Shown here one piece after another: positions 7,948 to 16,820 of a DNA stretch of 21,697 bases. Position numbers and translations under genes: made by a program. The stretch lies in the NCBI GenBank assembly GCA_031425655.1, contig JANPJS010000030.1, positions 1-21,697 of the forward strand. The letters run 5' to 3'. The stretch is from Abditibacteriaceae bacterium (GTDB lineage: Bacteria; Armatimonadota; Abditibacteriia; Abditibacteriales; Abditibacteriaceae). The notes beneath the pieces were generated by a model. The model did no database searches. It saw only the letters and a list, made by a program, of their open reading frames with translations, and was not told where the DNA came from. Each line of letters begins with the position of its first letter. Position 1 is the first letter of the stretch.

Positions 7948-8940
7948 TCACGGGAGACGTAAAGCCAAATCCGGGGTTGGCGCGCTGGCGCCTGCTGCGT
8001 TGTCATCGCAGTTGATGGCAGCCACGCGATACCTTAATGTTTTGCCGGGCAGCGCCGTCCATGTTTTGCCGTCGAAACTGCGCTCGACGCGAAAGCCGAT
8101 TTCGGTATCGGAAGCATCGCTCCAGCTAATTTTTACCGCGTCGCTGCCGTAAATTTCAGCCTTCACATCGCGCGGGGCAGCGGGCGCAGTTGGCGGGCAT
8201 TCGATCATCGTGGCGCTGTTTTTCGCCACATTCACTTTCTCGGCTTGGTTGCCAACGTAAGCCTCGTCCACGCTGTCGCTGAGCGAAACTTTGGTTTGTC
8301 CGACCCAGCCGCTGGTTTGGTTCCACGCCAGCAGGCAGCCGAAAACTTTCACGTCCCAGCCACCGATATAACTCTTTTCACCGCTGCCTCGCTCGTGTTT
8401 GTTGCGTGTGACCGCCCATGAATACAAATCGGTGCCGCCGTGTTTCTGGCACAAAATGCCCTCGCCGTCGTTGCCGGGATCGGAGCCGACGTTGTTGAAA
8501 AAATTGCCGTCTACCCAGAGGTTTTTGCCACTCAGATCGAAAGCGCGCGACAGATTGTCGGAAATTGAGCCGTTGCCGCCCGCATTCGCGCGCGAATTGC
8601 CGTCGAGTGTGAGAATCCAGTCACCGCCCAAACCGTAAACATCATCGCCACCTTTCAAGTAATCGCGCTCGTTGTGGTTATTGCGAATCGTCACCCACGA
8701 GCCGGAGACGTTAAAACCTTTGTGACCGTGATTATAAACCCAGTTGTCACGCGCATCGCCACCGAGTTTTTCAAAGGTGCCATCCGCACGGGTTCTTTCG
8801 CCGATGCCTTTTTTCTGAAAGCCAAAGATGAATTTCGTCGGTAGTCCCAATTTTCCGTCGGTGGCGAAATCCTTTTCCTCTGGCGCTTGTCCGCGAATGA
8901 CCACGCCGGTTTTCAACATCAAACCGCGCGGATTCTCCGG
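7948..8940 (-). pseudogene. N-terminally truncated probable beta-helix (pectin-lyase-like) protein with a C-terminal fibronectin type III domain
   Basis: Asn/Gly-rich strands (GVVIRG, WVTIRNNHN, LWVDGNFFNN) precede an FN3 pattern (PAAPRDVKA...VKISWSD...GFRVERS...YRVAAIN) that lacks its middle strands. There is no credible start, and the ORF-track N-terminus is antisense to the GH78 gene. Confidence 0.6.
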
Positions 8941-8986
8941 CGCTGCTGACGACGAAAGCGAAGAATGCTTAACTGCAGCAACGCCC

Positions 8987-11900
8987 ATGAAACTGACCTC
9001 CTCTTTATTCCTCATCGCATTGTCTGTCGTGGCCGCGCCGTCGCTGGCCCAGCCGGTTGTTAATCTGCGCTGCGAATACAAAATCGCGCCGCAGGGCATA
9101 GACGTTTTTCGGCCTCGATTGACCTGGCGGTGGCAGCCCGGCAGCGCGTGGCGGCAGCAGGCGGCGTATGAACTTTTAGTCGCCACTTCGCCCGAAAAAC
9201 TGGCGCAGGGCGTCGGCGATTTGTGGGCCACCAAGAAAGTTGAATCGGCCTGGCCCGGCGCGGTTTACGGCGGCAGGGCGCTGCTTTCGCATCAGCGCTG
9301 CTACTGGAAATTGCGCGTCTGGGAAGGGCAGAGCATCGCCTCGCCGTGGAGCGAGACGGCGTCGTGGACGATGGGCCTGCTCGACTACAAGGATCAAACG
9401 GAGTGGACGGGCCAGTGGATCGGCTGCGACAAAGCCGAGCCGATCACCATTGACGGCAAGGCGCCGCCCAGCCCGGTCAGCGTCAAAGACGCCAAGTGGA
9501 TTTACACGCCGGAGGGCAGCAACTCCCTGGCGCCCGAAGGCGTGCGCTATTTTCGGCGCGATTTCGAGCTGCCCGAAGGCGCCAAAATCAAGAGCGCCTC
9601 GCTGCACGTTGGAGGCGACAACAAATTCGGCGCCTCGGTCAACGACAAAAAAGTCATCACCGGCGAGGACTGGCACGCCACGCTGCCCTCCGACGTGAAA
9701 AAACTGCTCGTGCCGGGCAAAAATCGCATCAGCGTGTGGGTGAACAACATATATCCCGACCCCGCCAAACCGACTCCCGGCTCGCAAGGCCCCGCCGGGC
9801 TGATGGCCGCGTTGGACGTGACGCTCGAAGACGGCACGCGCATCAGCCTGCAAAGCGATGGCAAGTGGCTCTGCTCGAAAGACGAAAAAGCGCCCGATGA
9901 CGACTGGGAGCCGGCCAAAGTGCTGGGAGGCAACGGCGTGGCGCCGTGGGGCAAAGTGCGCGCGGGCGGCGTCGCCGAATATCTGCCCGCGACGTATTTG
10001 CGCCGCCAGTTCGAGGCGCCGCGCCCGGTGGCGCGAGCCGTGATTTACGCGACGGCGCACGGCATTTACGAGCTGCGTCTCAACGGTCAGCGTGTCGGCG
10101 ACGAGTATTTCGCGCCCGGCTTCACCAACTACAAAAAGCGTGCGCTTTATCGCGCTTACGACGTGACGGGCCTCATCAAGCCGGGCGCCAACGCGATTGG
10201 CGCGATTCTCGGCGACGGCTGGTATCGCGGCAACGTCAGCAATCTCGGACAGAACCATTACGGCAGCAAAACGCGCCTGCTGGCGCAGCTTTATCTGTTT
10301 TACGCCGACGGTCGCCGCGACGTAATCACTACCGACGACCAGTGGCGGGCCGCCTTCGGGCCGATTCTCGAAGGCGATTTACAGGCCGGCGAAACCTACG
10401 ACGCGCGCCGCGAAATGCCCGGCTGGGACGAGGCGAATTTCAACGACGCCAAGTGGTTCAAGCCCGATAACGTCGTCAGTTCCGCCGAAAGGACGGAGCT
10501 GGTTTCAGCGCATCCCGGCCCGCCGGTGCGACGCATCGCCGAAATCAAGCCGGTCGCCATCGCCGAGCCGAAGCCGGGCCTCTTCGTGGTCAATTTCGGC
10601 CAGAACTTCGCCGGCTGGACGCGCCTGAAAGTCAGCGAAAAGGCCGGCACGCCGGTGGTGCTGCGCTTTGGCGAAATGCTCAATGCCGACGGCACCGTTT
10701 ACCGCGAGAATCTGCGCTCGGCCCGCGCCACCGACACCTACGTCTGCAAAGGCAAAGGCATCGAAACGTGGGAGCCGCGCCTCACCTATCACGGTTTTCA
10801 ATACGTCGAAGTCGCAGGTCTGACGCAAAAGCCGACGGCGGAAACGCTGACCGGCATCGTGGCGCACTCGGACAACGCGACGACGGGCGCTTTTGAATGC
10901 TCGAACCCGCTCATCAACAAAATCTGGTCGAACGCGATGTGGGGCCAGAAATCGAACTACTTCGAGGTGCCGACCAACTGCCCGCAGCGCGACCAGCGCC
11001 TCGGATGGACGGGCGACACGCAGGTTTTCGTGCGCACCGGCGCCTACAATCAGGACGTGGCGGCGTTTTTCACCAAGTGGCTGAACGACCTCGACGACGA
11101 GCAAAGCGCCGAGGGCGCCTTTCCCAACATGGCGCCCAGCCTGCACGGCGGCTGGAGTCCGGGTTGGGCCGATGCCGGCGTCATCGTGCCGCACACCCTG
11201 TTTCGCGTCTACGGCGACGCGCGCCTGATAGGGCAGCACTACGACGCGATGGCCAAACACGTCGCTTATTATCAATCGCGTGCGCCGGGCTTTCTGATTC
11301 CCAACGAAGGCTTCGGCGACTGGCTGGCCATCGGCTCCGACACGCCGAAAATTCTGATTTACACCGCGTATATGGCCCGCAGCACGCAGCTTTTGGCGGA
11401 GATGGCCGAAGTCGTCGGGAAGCGCGCCGAGGCTGCACAGCATCGCCAGCTTTTCGAGGACGCACGCAAGGCGTTTCAAGCGAAATTCGTCGCGCCGGAC
11501 GGCAAAGTCGGCAGCGGCTCGCAGACGAGCTATCTGCTGGCGCTGCGCTTCGATTTGCTGACGCCGCCGCAGCGCGCCAAAGCCGCCGAACTGCTGGTGA
11601 AAGACATCGAAGCGCACGACGGCCACCTCACGACCGGCTTTTTGGGTGTGAATTTGCTGCTGCCGACGCTGACCGACATCGGACGCAGCGACGTGGCCTA
11701 TCGCCTGATGCAAAAAACGACGTATCCGTCGTGGGGCTACTCCGTCGAGCAGGGCGCGACGACGATGTGGGAGCGTTGGAATTCCTATACCAAGGACAAA
11801 GGCTTCGGCCCGGTTGAGATGAATTCGTTCAACCATTACGCTTACGGCGCGTGCGGCGAGTGGCTCTATCGCACGGTTTTGGGCATTGACGCGCTGGAGC

Positions 11901-12223
11901 CGGGCTTCTCGAAAATCATCGTCAAACCCGAACCGGGGCCGGGCGTGACGTGGGCCAAAGGTTCGTATGACTCGATTCGCGGTCCGATTCGCTCGGCGTG
12001 GAAAATCGAGGGCGGCGCGCTAAAGTTAGACGTGGCGATCCCACCCACCACGACGGCGGAAATCCACGTCCCCGCCGCCAACGCCGCCGCCGTGACCGTC
12101 GGCGGCAGGCCCGCCGCGCAAACCTCCGGCTTGAAACTATTGCGCGCTGAACAAGGCCGCGCCGTTTTCAGCGCGGAGCCGGGCGCTTATGCGTTCACCG
12201 CCGCCGGTTACGCTGCGCCGTGA
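8987..12223 (+). CDS. Secreted GH78 alpha-L-rhamnosidase-like protein (1078 aa) with an atypical acid motif
   Basis: Start reassigned to ATG 8987 (signal peptide MKLTSSLFLIALSVVAAPSLAQ). GH78 motifs include NLRCEY, ATAHGIYE, GETYDAR, NFGQNFAGW, TYHGFQYVEV, CPQRD.RLGWTGD, FGDWL, GATTMWERW and MNSFNHYAYG. Confidence 0.92.
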   Translation: MKLTSSLFLIALSVVAAPSLAQPVVNLRCEYKIAPQGIDVFRPRLTWRWQPGSAWRQQAAYELLVATSPEKLAQGVGDLWATKKVESAWPGAVYGGRALLSHQRCYWKLRVWEGQSIASPWSETASWTMGLLDYKDQTEWTGQWIGCDKAEPITIDGKAPPSPVSVKDAKWIYTPEGSNSLAPEGVRYFRRDFELPEGAKIKSASLHVGGDNKFGASVNDKKVITGEDWHATLPSDVKKLLVPGKNRISVWVNNIYPDPAKPTPGSQGPAGLMAALDVTLEDGTRISLQSDGKWLCSKDEKAPDDDWEPAKVLGGNGVAPWGKVRAGGVAEYLPATYLRRQFEAPRPVARAVIYATAHGIYELRLNGQRVGDEYFAPGFTNYKKRALYRAYDVTGLIKPGANAIGAILGDGWYRGNVSNLGQNHYGSKTRLLAQLYLFYADGRRDVITTDDQWRAAFGPILEGDLQAGETYDARREMPGWDEANFNDAKWFKPDNVVSSAERTELVSAHPGPPVRRIAEIKPVAIAEPKPGLFVVNFGQNFAGWTRLKVSEKAGTPVVLRFGEMLNADGTVYRENLRSARATDTYVCKGKGIETWEPRLTYHGFQYVEVAGLTQKPTAETLTGIVAHSDNATTGAFECSNPLINKIWSNAMWGQKSNYFEVPTNCPQRDQRLGWTGDTQVFVRTGAYNQDVAAFFTKWLNDLDDEQSAEGAFPNMAPSLHGGWSPGWADAGVIVPHTLFRVYGDARLIGQHYDAMAKHVAYYQSRAPGFLIPNEGFGDWLAIGSDTPKILIYTAYMARSTQLLAEMAEVVGKRAEAAQHRQLFEDARKAFQAKFVAPDGKVGSGSQTSYLLALRFDLLTPPQRAKAAELLVKDIEAHDGHLTTGFLGVNLLLPTLTDIGRSDVAYRLMQKTTYPSWGYSVEQGATTMWERWNSYTKDKGFGPVEMNSFNHYAYGACGEWLYRTVLGIDALEPGFSKIIVKPEPGPGVTWAKGSYDSIRGPIRSAWKIEGGALKLDVAIPPTTTAEIHVPAANAAAVTVGGRPAAQTSGLKLLRAEQGRAVFSAEPGAYAFTAAGYAAP

Positions 12224-12245
12224 GAACTTGCGTCAGGTGATTTTC

Positions 12246-12502
12246 ATGAAAAATTCTCTATTCCATCTGCGGAATCTGCTACGGGACGCCATCATCGCGG
12301 GCATATAGGTGGCGCTGGCCTCGCCCGTGGTGGCGCAGGCTGCGAAAGCGCCATGGCCAGGCGTGGCTGCTTGCTGTTTTATTTCGATTCGTTCGGCTCG
12401 CAGTTAGACGATGTCAAGCTGATGAAGCGTTTGCGCGGCAAAATGGGCAGCAGCGTGTTAACCTTTGCCGAGCATCAATGCGACGCAGTGGAGGCGCCGT
12501 AG
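12246..12502 (+). pseudogene. Decayed remnant of a secreted-protein gene downstream of GH78
   Basis: An AGGTGA RBS and ATG give MKNSLFHLRNLLRDAIIAGI*VALASPVVAQAA, a signal peptide with an in-frame TAG at 12306. A short C-terminus-like piece follows in another frame. Confidence 0.5.
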
Positions 12503-12644
12503 GGGCGGCCACGGGGGCCGCTCTATGATTATCGAAACAATTCCGTAAATTCTTATGGGTGATTTGAAGCGACTTTTCGATAACAACAGGCAATGGCCGG
12601 CGCAGGTCGAGGCCGAGATCCCCAGCTTTTTCACGACGCTGGCG

Positions 12645-12778
12645 ATGCAGGCCGTCATTTCGCACGAATCCAACGCTTTGTAGGCGTCGCCATGCTCGTA
12701 GGCCATCGCGTAGCGCATCATATCTTTCTTTTCTTTGCGGCGCCCGGTTCCGATAACGCCGACTTTCAGCTTGCTCAT
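12645..12778 (-). pseudogene. N-terminal fragment of a Gfo/Idh/MocA-family oxidoreductase
   Basis: A GGAG RBS and ATG at 12778 give MSKLKVGVIGTG...MAYEHGDAYKALDSCEMTAC (Rossmann start). Similarity stops after about 45 codons. Confidence 0.65.
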
Positions 12779-12953
12779 TTTTTCTCCCCAGATTTGGTTT
12801 GTCAAGCAAAATATAACGCGTTTTGAATCCAATTTTGGATTTGAAGACATAGATTTAGAGAGTGGTCTATGAGGTGTCGGAAAACACTTGTTTTCCGACT
12901 GGTTGACATTGGCCACCCAAATTTACTTTACGCACCGTCGTTTCATATCTGTA

Positions 12954-12991
12954 GGGGTCGTCTCAGAAAACGGAAAATATAGCACGTTAAG
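12954..12991 (+). repeat. IR of element C (tnpA end)
   Basis: GGGGTCGTCTCAGAAAACGGAAAATATAGCACGTTAAG, close to the Tn21 IR as recalled. Confidence 0.96.
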
Positions 12992-14984
12992 CCGTTGCCA
13001 TGGGCCGGAGCGGTCTGAACTTTCCGTCCCCGATTTTATTACCGGTGCGCCACAGGTAGTCCCCGGTCAGGTTGATGTGTTCCCAACCCAGGGGAGACAG
13101 GTATTGTAGCAGCGTATTATCAACGCCCGGCCCGTGATCGCGCAAGGCATTCGTGGCCCGTTCGAGATACACCGTATTCCACAGGACGATGGCCGCCGTC
13201 ACCAGATTGAGCCCACTGGCGCGGTACCGTTGCTGTTCAAAGCTGCGATCACGGATTTCCCCTAAGCGATAGAAGAACACCGCCCGGGCCAGTGCGTTGC
13301 GGGCTTCACCTTTGTTGAGTCCGGCATGGACGCGGCGGCGGAGATCAACACTTTGAAGCCAATCCAAGATGAATAGTGTGCGTTCAATGCGGCCCAATTC
13401 ACGTAAGGCGAGGGCCAGGCCGTTCTGGCGCGGATAGCTGCCGAGTTTGCGCAGCATCAGCGAGGCGGTTACCGTCCCTTGTTGGATCGAGGCGGCAAGA
13501 CGCAGAATTTCATCCCAGTGAGTGCGGATCTGCTTGAGGTTCAGCGGGCCGCCGATCATCGGCCTGAGAGCGTCGTAGCTCTTGTCATAAGCGCTGCTCT
13601 GAGCGGGAATGTAGAGTTTGGTGTCACCTAAATCACGAATGCGCGGAGCGAAGCGGAAGTCCAGCAGATGCATCAGAGCAAAAACGTGGTCAGTGAATCC
13701 TGCCGTGTCGGTGTAATGTTCCTCAATCCGCAAATCGGACTCGTGGTACAAAAGTCCATCGAGCACATAGGTAGAATCACGGACACCGACATTAATGATC
13801 TTGGTGTTGAACGGTGCGTATTGATCAGAGATATGAGTGTAAAACATCCGCCCCGGTTCGCCGCCATATTTGGGATTGATATGCCCCGTGCTCTGTGCTT
13901 TAGAGCCAGCTTTAAAGCGTTGCCCGTCGGATGAGGATGTCGAACCAGCGCCCCAATTTTCGGCGAATGGATGACGGAACTGAGTGTTCACCAACTCGGC
14001 CAGAGCACTCGAATAAGTTTCGTCGCGGATGTGCCAGGCTTGGAGCCATGACAGCTTGGCATAAGTTGTTCCGGGACAGGACTCGGCCATCTTGGTCAAA
14101 CCCAGGTTGATGGCATCGGCCAAGATAGCCGTCATCAGCAAAGTCTTATCCTTGACCATCTCTCCGCTCTTGAGATGTGTGAAGTGGCGGGTGAAGCCTG
14201 TCCATGCATCGACTTCCATCAGCAGATCGGTGATCTTGATGTGCGGTAATAGCAGGGATGATTGGTCAATCAGCGCTTGTGCGGTATCGGGCACGGCCGC
14301 ATCCAATGGCGAGATCTTCAACCCGGATTCGGTAATGATCGCGTCGGGCAAACCGTTTTCTGATGCCAGAGAGTTGACCGTAGCAAGTTGGGTCTCCAGT
14401 TGTGTCAATCGCTCAACCATATAGTGGTCGCAGTCGATTGCGACGGCCAGAGGAACCGTGTTGGTTCGCTTTAGCGCAGCGAACTTCTCGCGGGGCAGTA
14501 AATACTCGTCGAAGTCCTTGAACTGCCGTGAGCCTTCGACCCAGATATCACCTGAACGCAAGGCGTTCTTCAATTCAGACAGCACACACAACTCATAATA
14601 GCGCCGGTCCAGGCCGTCGTTGGTCACCACAAGCTTTTCCCAGCGATTGCGGATGAATTTGGTCGGCGCATCGGCAGGCACCTTGCGGATGTCGAGGGCA
14701 TTCAGGCTCCGGAGCACGGCGATGGCATCGAGCACGTTCTGGGCAGCAGGCGCGGCTCTAAATTTGAGCACATCGATAAATGCCGGCGCGTAGCGCCGGA
14801 GCGTACTATAGCTCTCGCCGAGACGGTGGAGGAAGTCGAATGCCTCGGGCTGTGCCAGCCTTTGCGCTTCGCTAATACTGGCCGCAAATTTTCCCCAAGG
14901 AATAACAGACTCGATCGCTACGAAAGGATCGTCGCCAGTCTGCTTGGCTTCGAGCAAGACCTGACCAATACGTCCATACAAACG
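12987..14984 (-). pseudogene. tnpA: Tn21-like transposase lacking roughly the N-terminal third
   Basis: Begins abruptly at RLYGRIGQ, an internal motif of Tn21-type TnpA. It retains [21 protein letters not shown] and the C-terminal GKFRPLRP. Confidence 0.93.
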
Positions 14985-15500
14985 AAGGCGCTCAAGGATG
15001 CCAAGTGTAAGCGCATTCTGGAGGATACGATTTCCGGCACACGCCGCGACCGGCCAGAACTCAAGCGTGCCCTCGATCTCTTACGCGAAGGCGATACGTT
15101 GGTGGTGTGGAAATTGGATCGCCTGGGGCGCAGTGTTAAAGACTTGGTCGAACTGGTGGCAGAGTTGGAAAAGCGTGGGGTGCATTTCCGCAGCCTGACG
15201 GATGCCATCGACACCTCGACCCCCGCCGGGCACTTCTTTTTTCATGTGATGGCCAGCCTGGCGCAAATGGAGCGCGAGTTACTCGTGGAGAGAACACAAG
15301 CCGGATTGGAAGCGGCCAAAGCGGCGGGGCGCGTTGGCGGGCGCAAGCTCAAAATGACGCCCTCGAAAGTTCAAGCGGCGCGGCAGTTGTTGGATGCCGG
15401 CGTGCCGCCCAAAGATGTCGCCCTCAACCTGGGTATTTCGGTGCCCACGCTTTATCGGTGGCTGCCAGCCGGTGAGAAAAAATCAGCTGAGAAAAAATAG
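14980..15500 (+). pseudogene. tnpR: Serine resolvase lacking the N-terminal YARVST catalytic segment
   Basis: [20 protein letters not shown]...GDTLVVWKLDRLGRS...ERTQAGL...LGISVPTLYRW. Sequence upstream of about 14980 is antisense tnpA. Confidence 0.9.
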
Positions 15501-15512
15501 CTCCTGCAACAC

Positions 15513-15550
15513 ACTAACAGACTTCATTGCCCGTTACCTGTGCTGACCCC
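15513..15550 (-). repeat. Degenerate internal Tn3-family IR
   Basis: The reverse complement GGGGTCAGCACAGGTAACGGGCAATGAAGTCTGTTAGT matches the element C IR at 24/38 positions without gaps. Confidence 0.75.
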
Positions 15551-15603
15551 ATATTCGGCTCTTTGCAAAAGGAAAATTTAGACCGCTACGATCATAGCAT
15601 CCG

Positions 15604-15641
15604 CTTAACGTGCTATATTTTCCGTTTTCTGAGACGACCCC
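15604..15641 (-). repeat. Right IR of element C
   Basis: Exact reverse complement of 12954-12991. Confidence 0.96.
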
Positions 15642-15703
15642 CTGTAAAACAGGAACTTTTAAAAATTTGGGTATACAATGGGGATACGTTATGATGCCAT
15701 CTC

Positions 15704-15712
15704 TGATATAAT
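15704..15712 (+). promoter_or_regulatory. Putative extended -10 promoter of toxin-antitoxin pair 1
   Basis: TGATATAAT fits TGnTATAAT and lies 34 bp upstream of the antitoxin ATG, which has a GAGAGG RBS. Confidence 0.55.
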
Positions 15713-15746
15713 CCCCGATACGATCTCCAATAAGAGAGGTGGCGCC

Positions 15747-16034
15747 ATGCCCCGTTTAGCTGTAAAAAAGCCAAAGGAAGAGCGTCTTTCGATCCGCGCC
15801 AATCCCAACCAAAAGACCGTGCTGGCCCAAGCGGCCAAAGCCCGTCACATGAACCTCAGCCAATTTGTGCTGCAAGTGTCACTGAGTGAAGCCGAGCGTG
15901 TCCTCAGGGAAGAAACGCAAATCATCGTTTCGCCCGCCGAATACGAACGGCTTTGCCAAATCATGGATGAGCAACCCACGCCGGCACCGCGTTTGAAAGC
16001 GGCTTTAGCCAAGAAACCCATTTGGGATGTCTAA
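15747..16034 (+). CDS. DUF1778-family RHH antitoxin (TacA/AtaR-like)
   Basis: Start reassigned to ATG 15747 (GAGAGG RBS). Sequence KEERLSIR...K.VL.QAA......LSQFVL...AE.VL.E...I.VS..EY......D..P.P.PRL..A overlaps the GNAT start. Confidence 0.9.
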   Translation: MPRLAVKKPKEERLSIRANPNQKTVLAQAAKARHMNLSQFVLQVSLSEAERVLREETQIIVSPAEYERLCQIMDEQPTPAPRLKAALAKKPIWDV

Positions 16035-16578
16035 AATCAATCCTGCTGCGCCCCTCAATCCACCGCAGCCGCTCACAATCGAACACGACACCTCAGCTTT
16101 CGACTGTGGCAAAGCGCCGCTCAATGACTTCTTGAAACTGCACGCGCTGGCTAAACAAAACGCGATGCTGTCGCGCACCTATGTTGTGACGGAAACCACA
16201 ACAAACGGCATGATCGTTGTCGGTTATTACACTCTCACGCACGCTTCCGTTTTGCAATCGGAAACGCCTAAGAAATTGGGACGCGGTATGCCATCTACCA
16301 TTCCCGCTCTGCTGATGGCGCGCTTTGCCGTAGATCGAAATTGGCAGGGGCAGGGCATAGGTCACGATCTATTTGTAGATGCGACCCGGCGCACTTGGGC
16401 CGTCATGCAAAGTGGAGCGGCGCCCGTGCGCTTTTTCGTGGTGGATGCCAAAGACGAAGAAGCGAAAGCCTTTTACGAACGGTTTGATATGATTACCGCC
16501 TCGGAGAATCCTCTGCGATTGTTTTTCTCCTACAAAACGCTGCGCGAAACCTTTGCCGAAGAAATCCAAGAGGGCTAA
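16027..16578 (+). CDS. GNAT acetyltransferase toxin (TacT/AtaT-like)
   Basis: Motifs HD.SAFDCG...LNDFL, GYYTL, the acetyl-CoA motif ARFAVD..WQGQGIG, and VDAKDE.A.AFY. Confidence 0.92.
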   Translation: MSKINPAAPLNPPQPLTIEHDTSAFDCGKAPLNDFLKLHALAKQNAMLSRTYVVTETTTNGMIVVGYYTLTHASVLQSETPKKLGRGMPSTIPALLMARFAVDRNWQGQGIGHDLFVDATRRTWAVMQSGAAPVRFFVVDAKDEEAKAFYERFDMITASENPLRLFFSYKTLRETFAEEIQEG

Positions 16579-16581
16579 ACG

Positions 16582-16730
16582 ATGTATGACTCCGATGAAA
16601 AGAATGTAGCGTTGCAGAATGTTGAACTTTTGCGCGAACAGGGACAGGGTGCCGATGAGAACGATTTGGCGGCGGTTCTGGCCTTAGTGCCGGATGCAGA
16701 GCCGGAAAAGCGTGATCGCTTCCCGTCTCC
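16582..16730 (+). pseudogene. Possible C-terminal remnant of a HicB-like/RHH antitoxin
   Basis: ALQNVELLREQGQGADENDLAAVLALVPDAEPEKRDR resembles the recalled tail (AL...YL.ERA......F.A.LA.VPD.EP...D.L) of small RHH antitoxins. No DNA-binding N-terminus is present. Confidence 0.4.
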
Positions 16731-16743
16731 TTCTTCGCTGTCC

Positions 16744-16792
16744 GCAGCTACAACCTGCAGCTACAACCTAAGGGGCTTAATTTTATGTTGTA
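16744..16792. repeat. 13-bp tandem duplication plus inverted repeat upstream of the serine recombinase (res-like site)
   Basis: GCAGCTACAACCT occurs twice (16744-16769). TACAACCTAA (16762-16771) and TTATGTTGTA (16783-16792) form a 9/10 inverted repeat. Confidence 0.6.
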
Positions 16793-16820
16793 AAAGAGCG
16801 CTGAAAATCTCCGACTTACT

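Larger units (their letters stand above)
12954..15641. mobile_element. Internally deleted, non-autonomous Tn21-clade transposon (element C, 2688 bp)
   Basis: Perfect 38-bp IRs at 12954-12991 and 15604-15641, with a 5-bp target duplication CTGTA at 12949-12953 and 15642-15646. The divergent tnpA and tnpR both lack their 5' ends. Confidence 0.96.

Noticed and set aside
8828..9234. Long overlapping N-termini of the GH78 and beta-helix ORFs
   Set aside because: Each extension is the antisense of the other gene. The signal peptide places the GH78 start at 8987.
9176..11836. Long alternative-frame ORFs within the GH78 gene (and similar ones within the tnpA genes)
   Set aside because: These are shadow ORFs expected in high-GC coding DNA. 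They are Arg/Ala-rich and carry no motifs.
12527..12645. LacI-like operator half-sites and an HTH-like peptide (IASVVKKLGISAST)
   Set aside because: They are too short and degenerate to support, with no IS ends or intact regulated gene nearby.
14826..15500. Full-length 224-aa resolvase
   Set aside because: The first ~50 residues are antisense tnpA, and the catalytic YARVST segment is missing.
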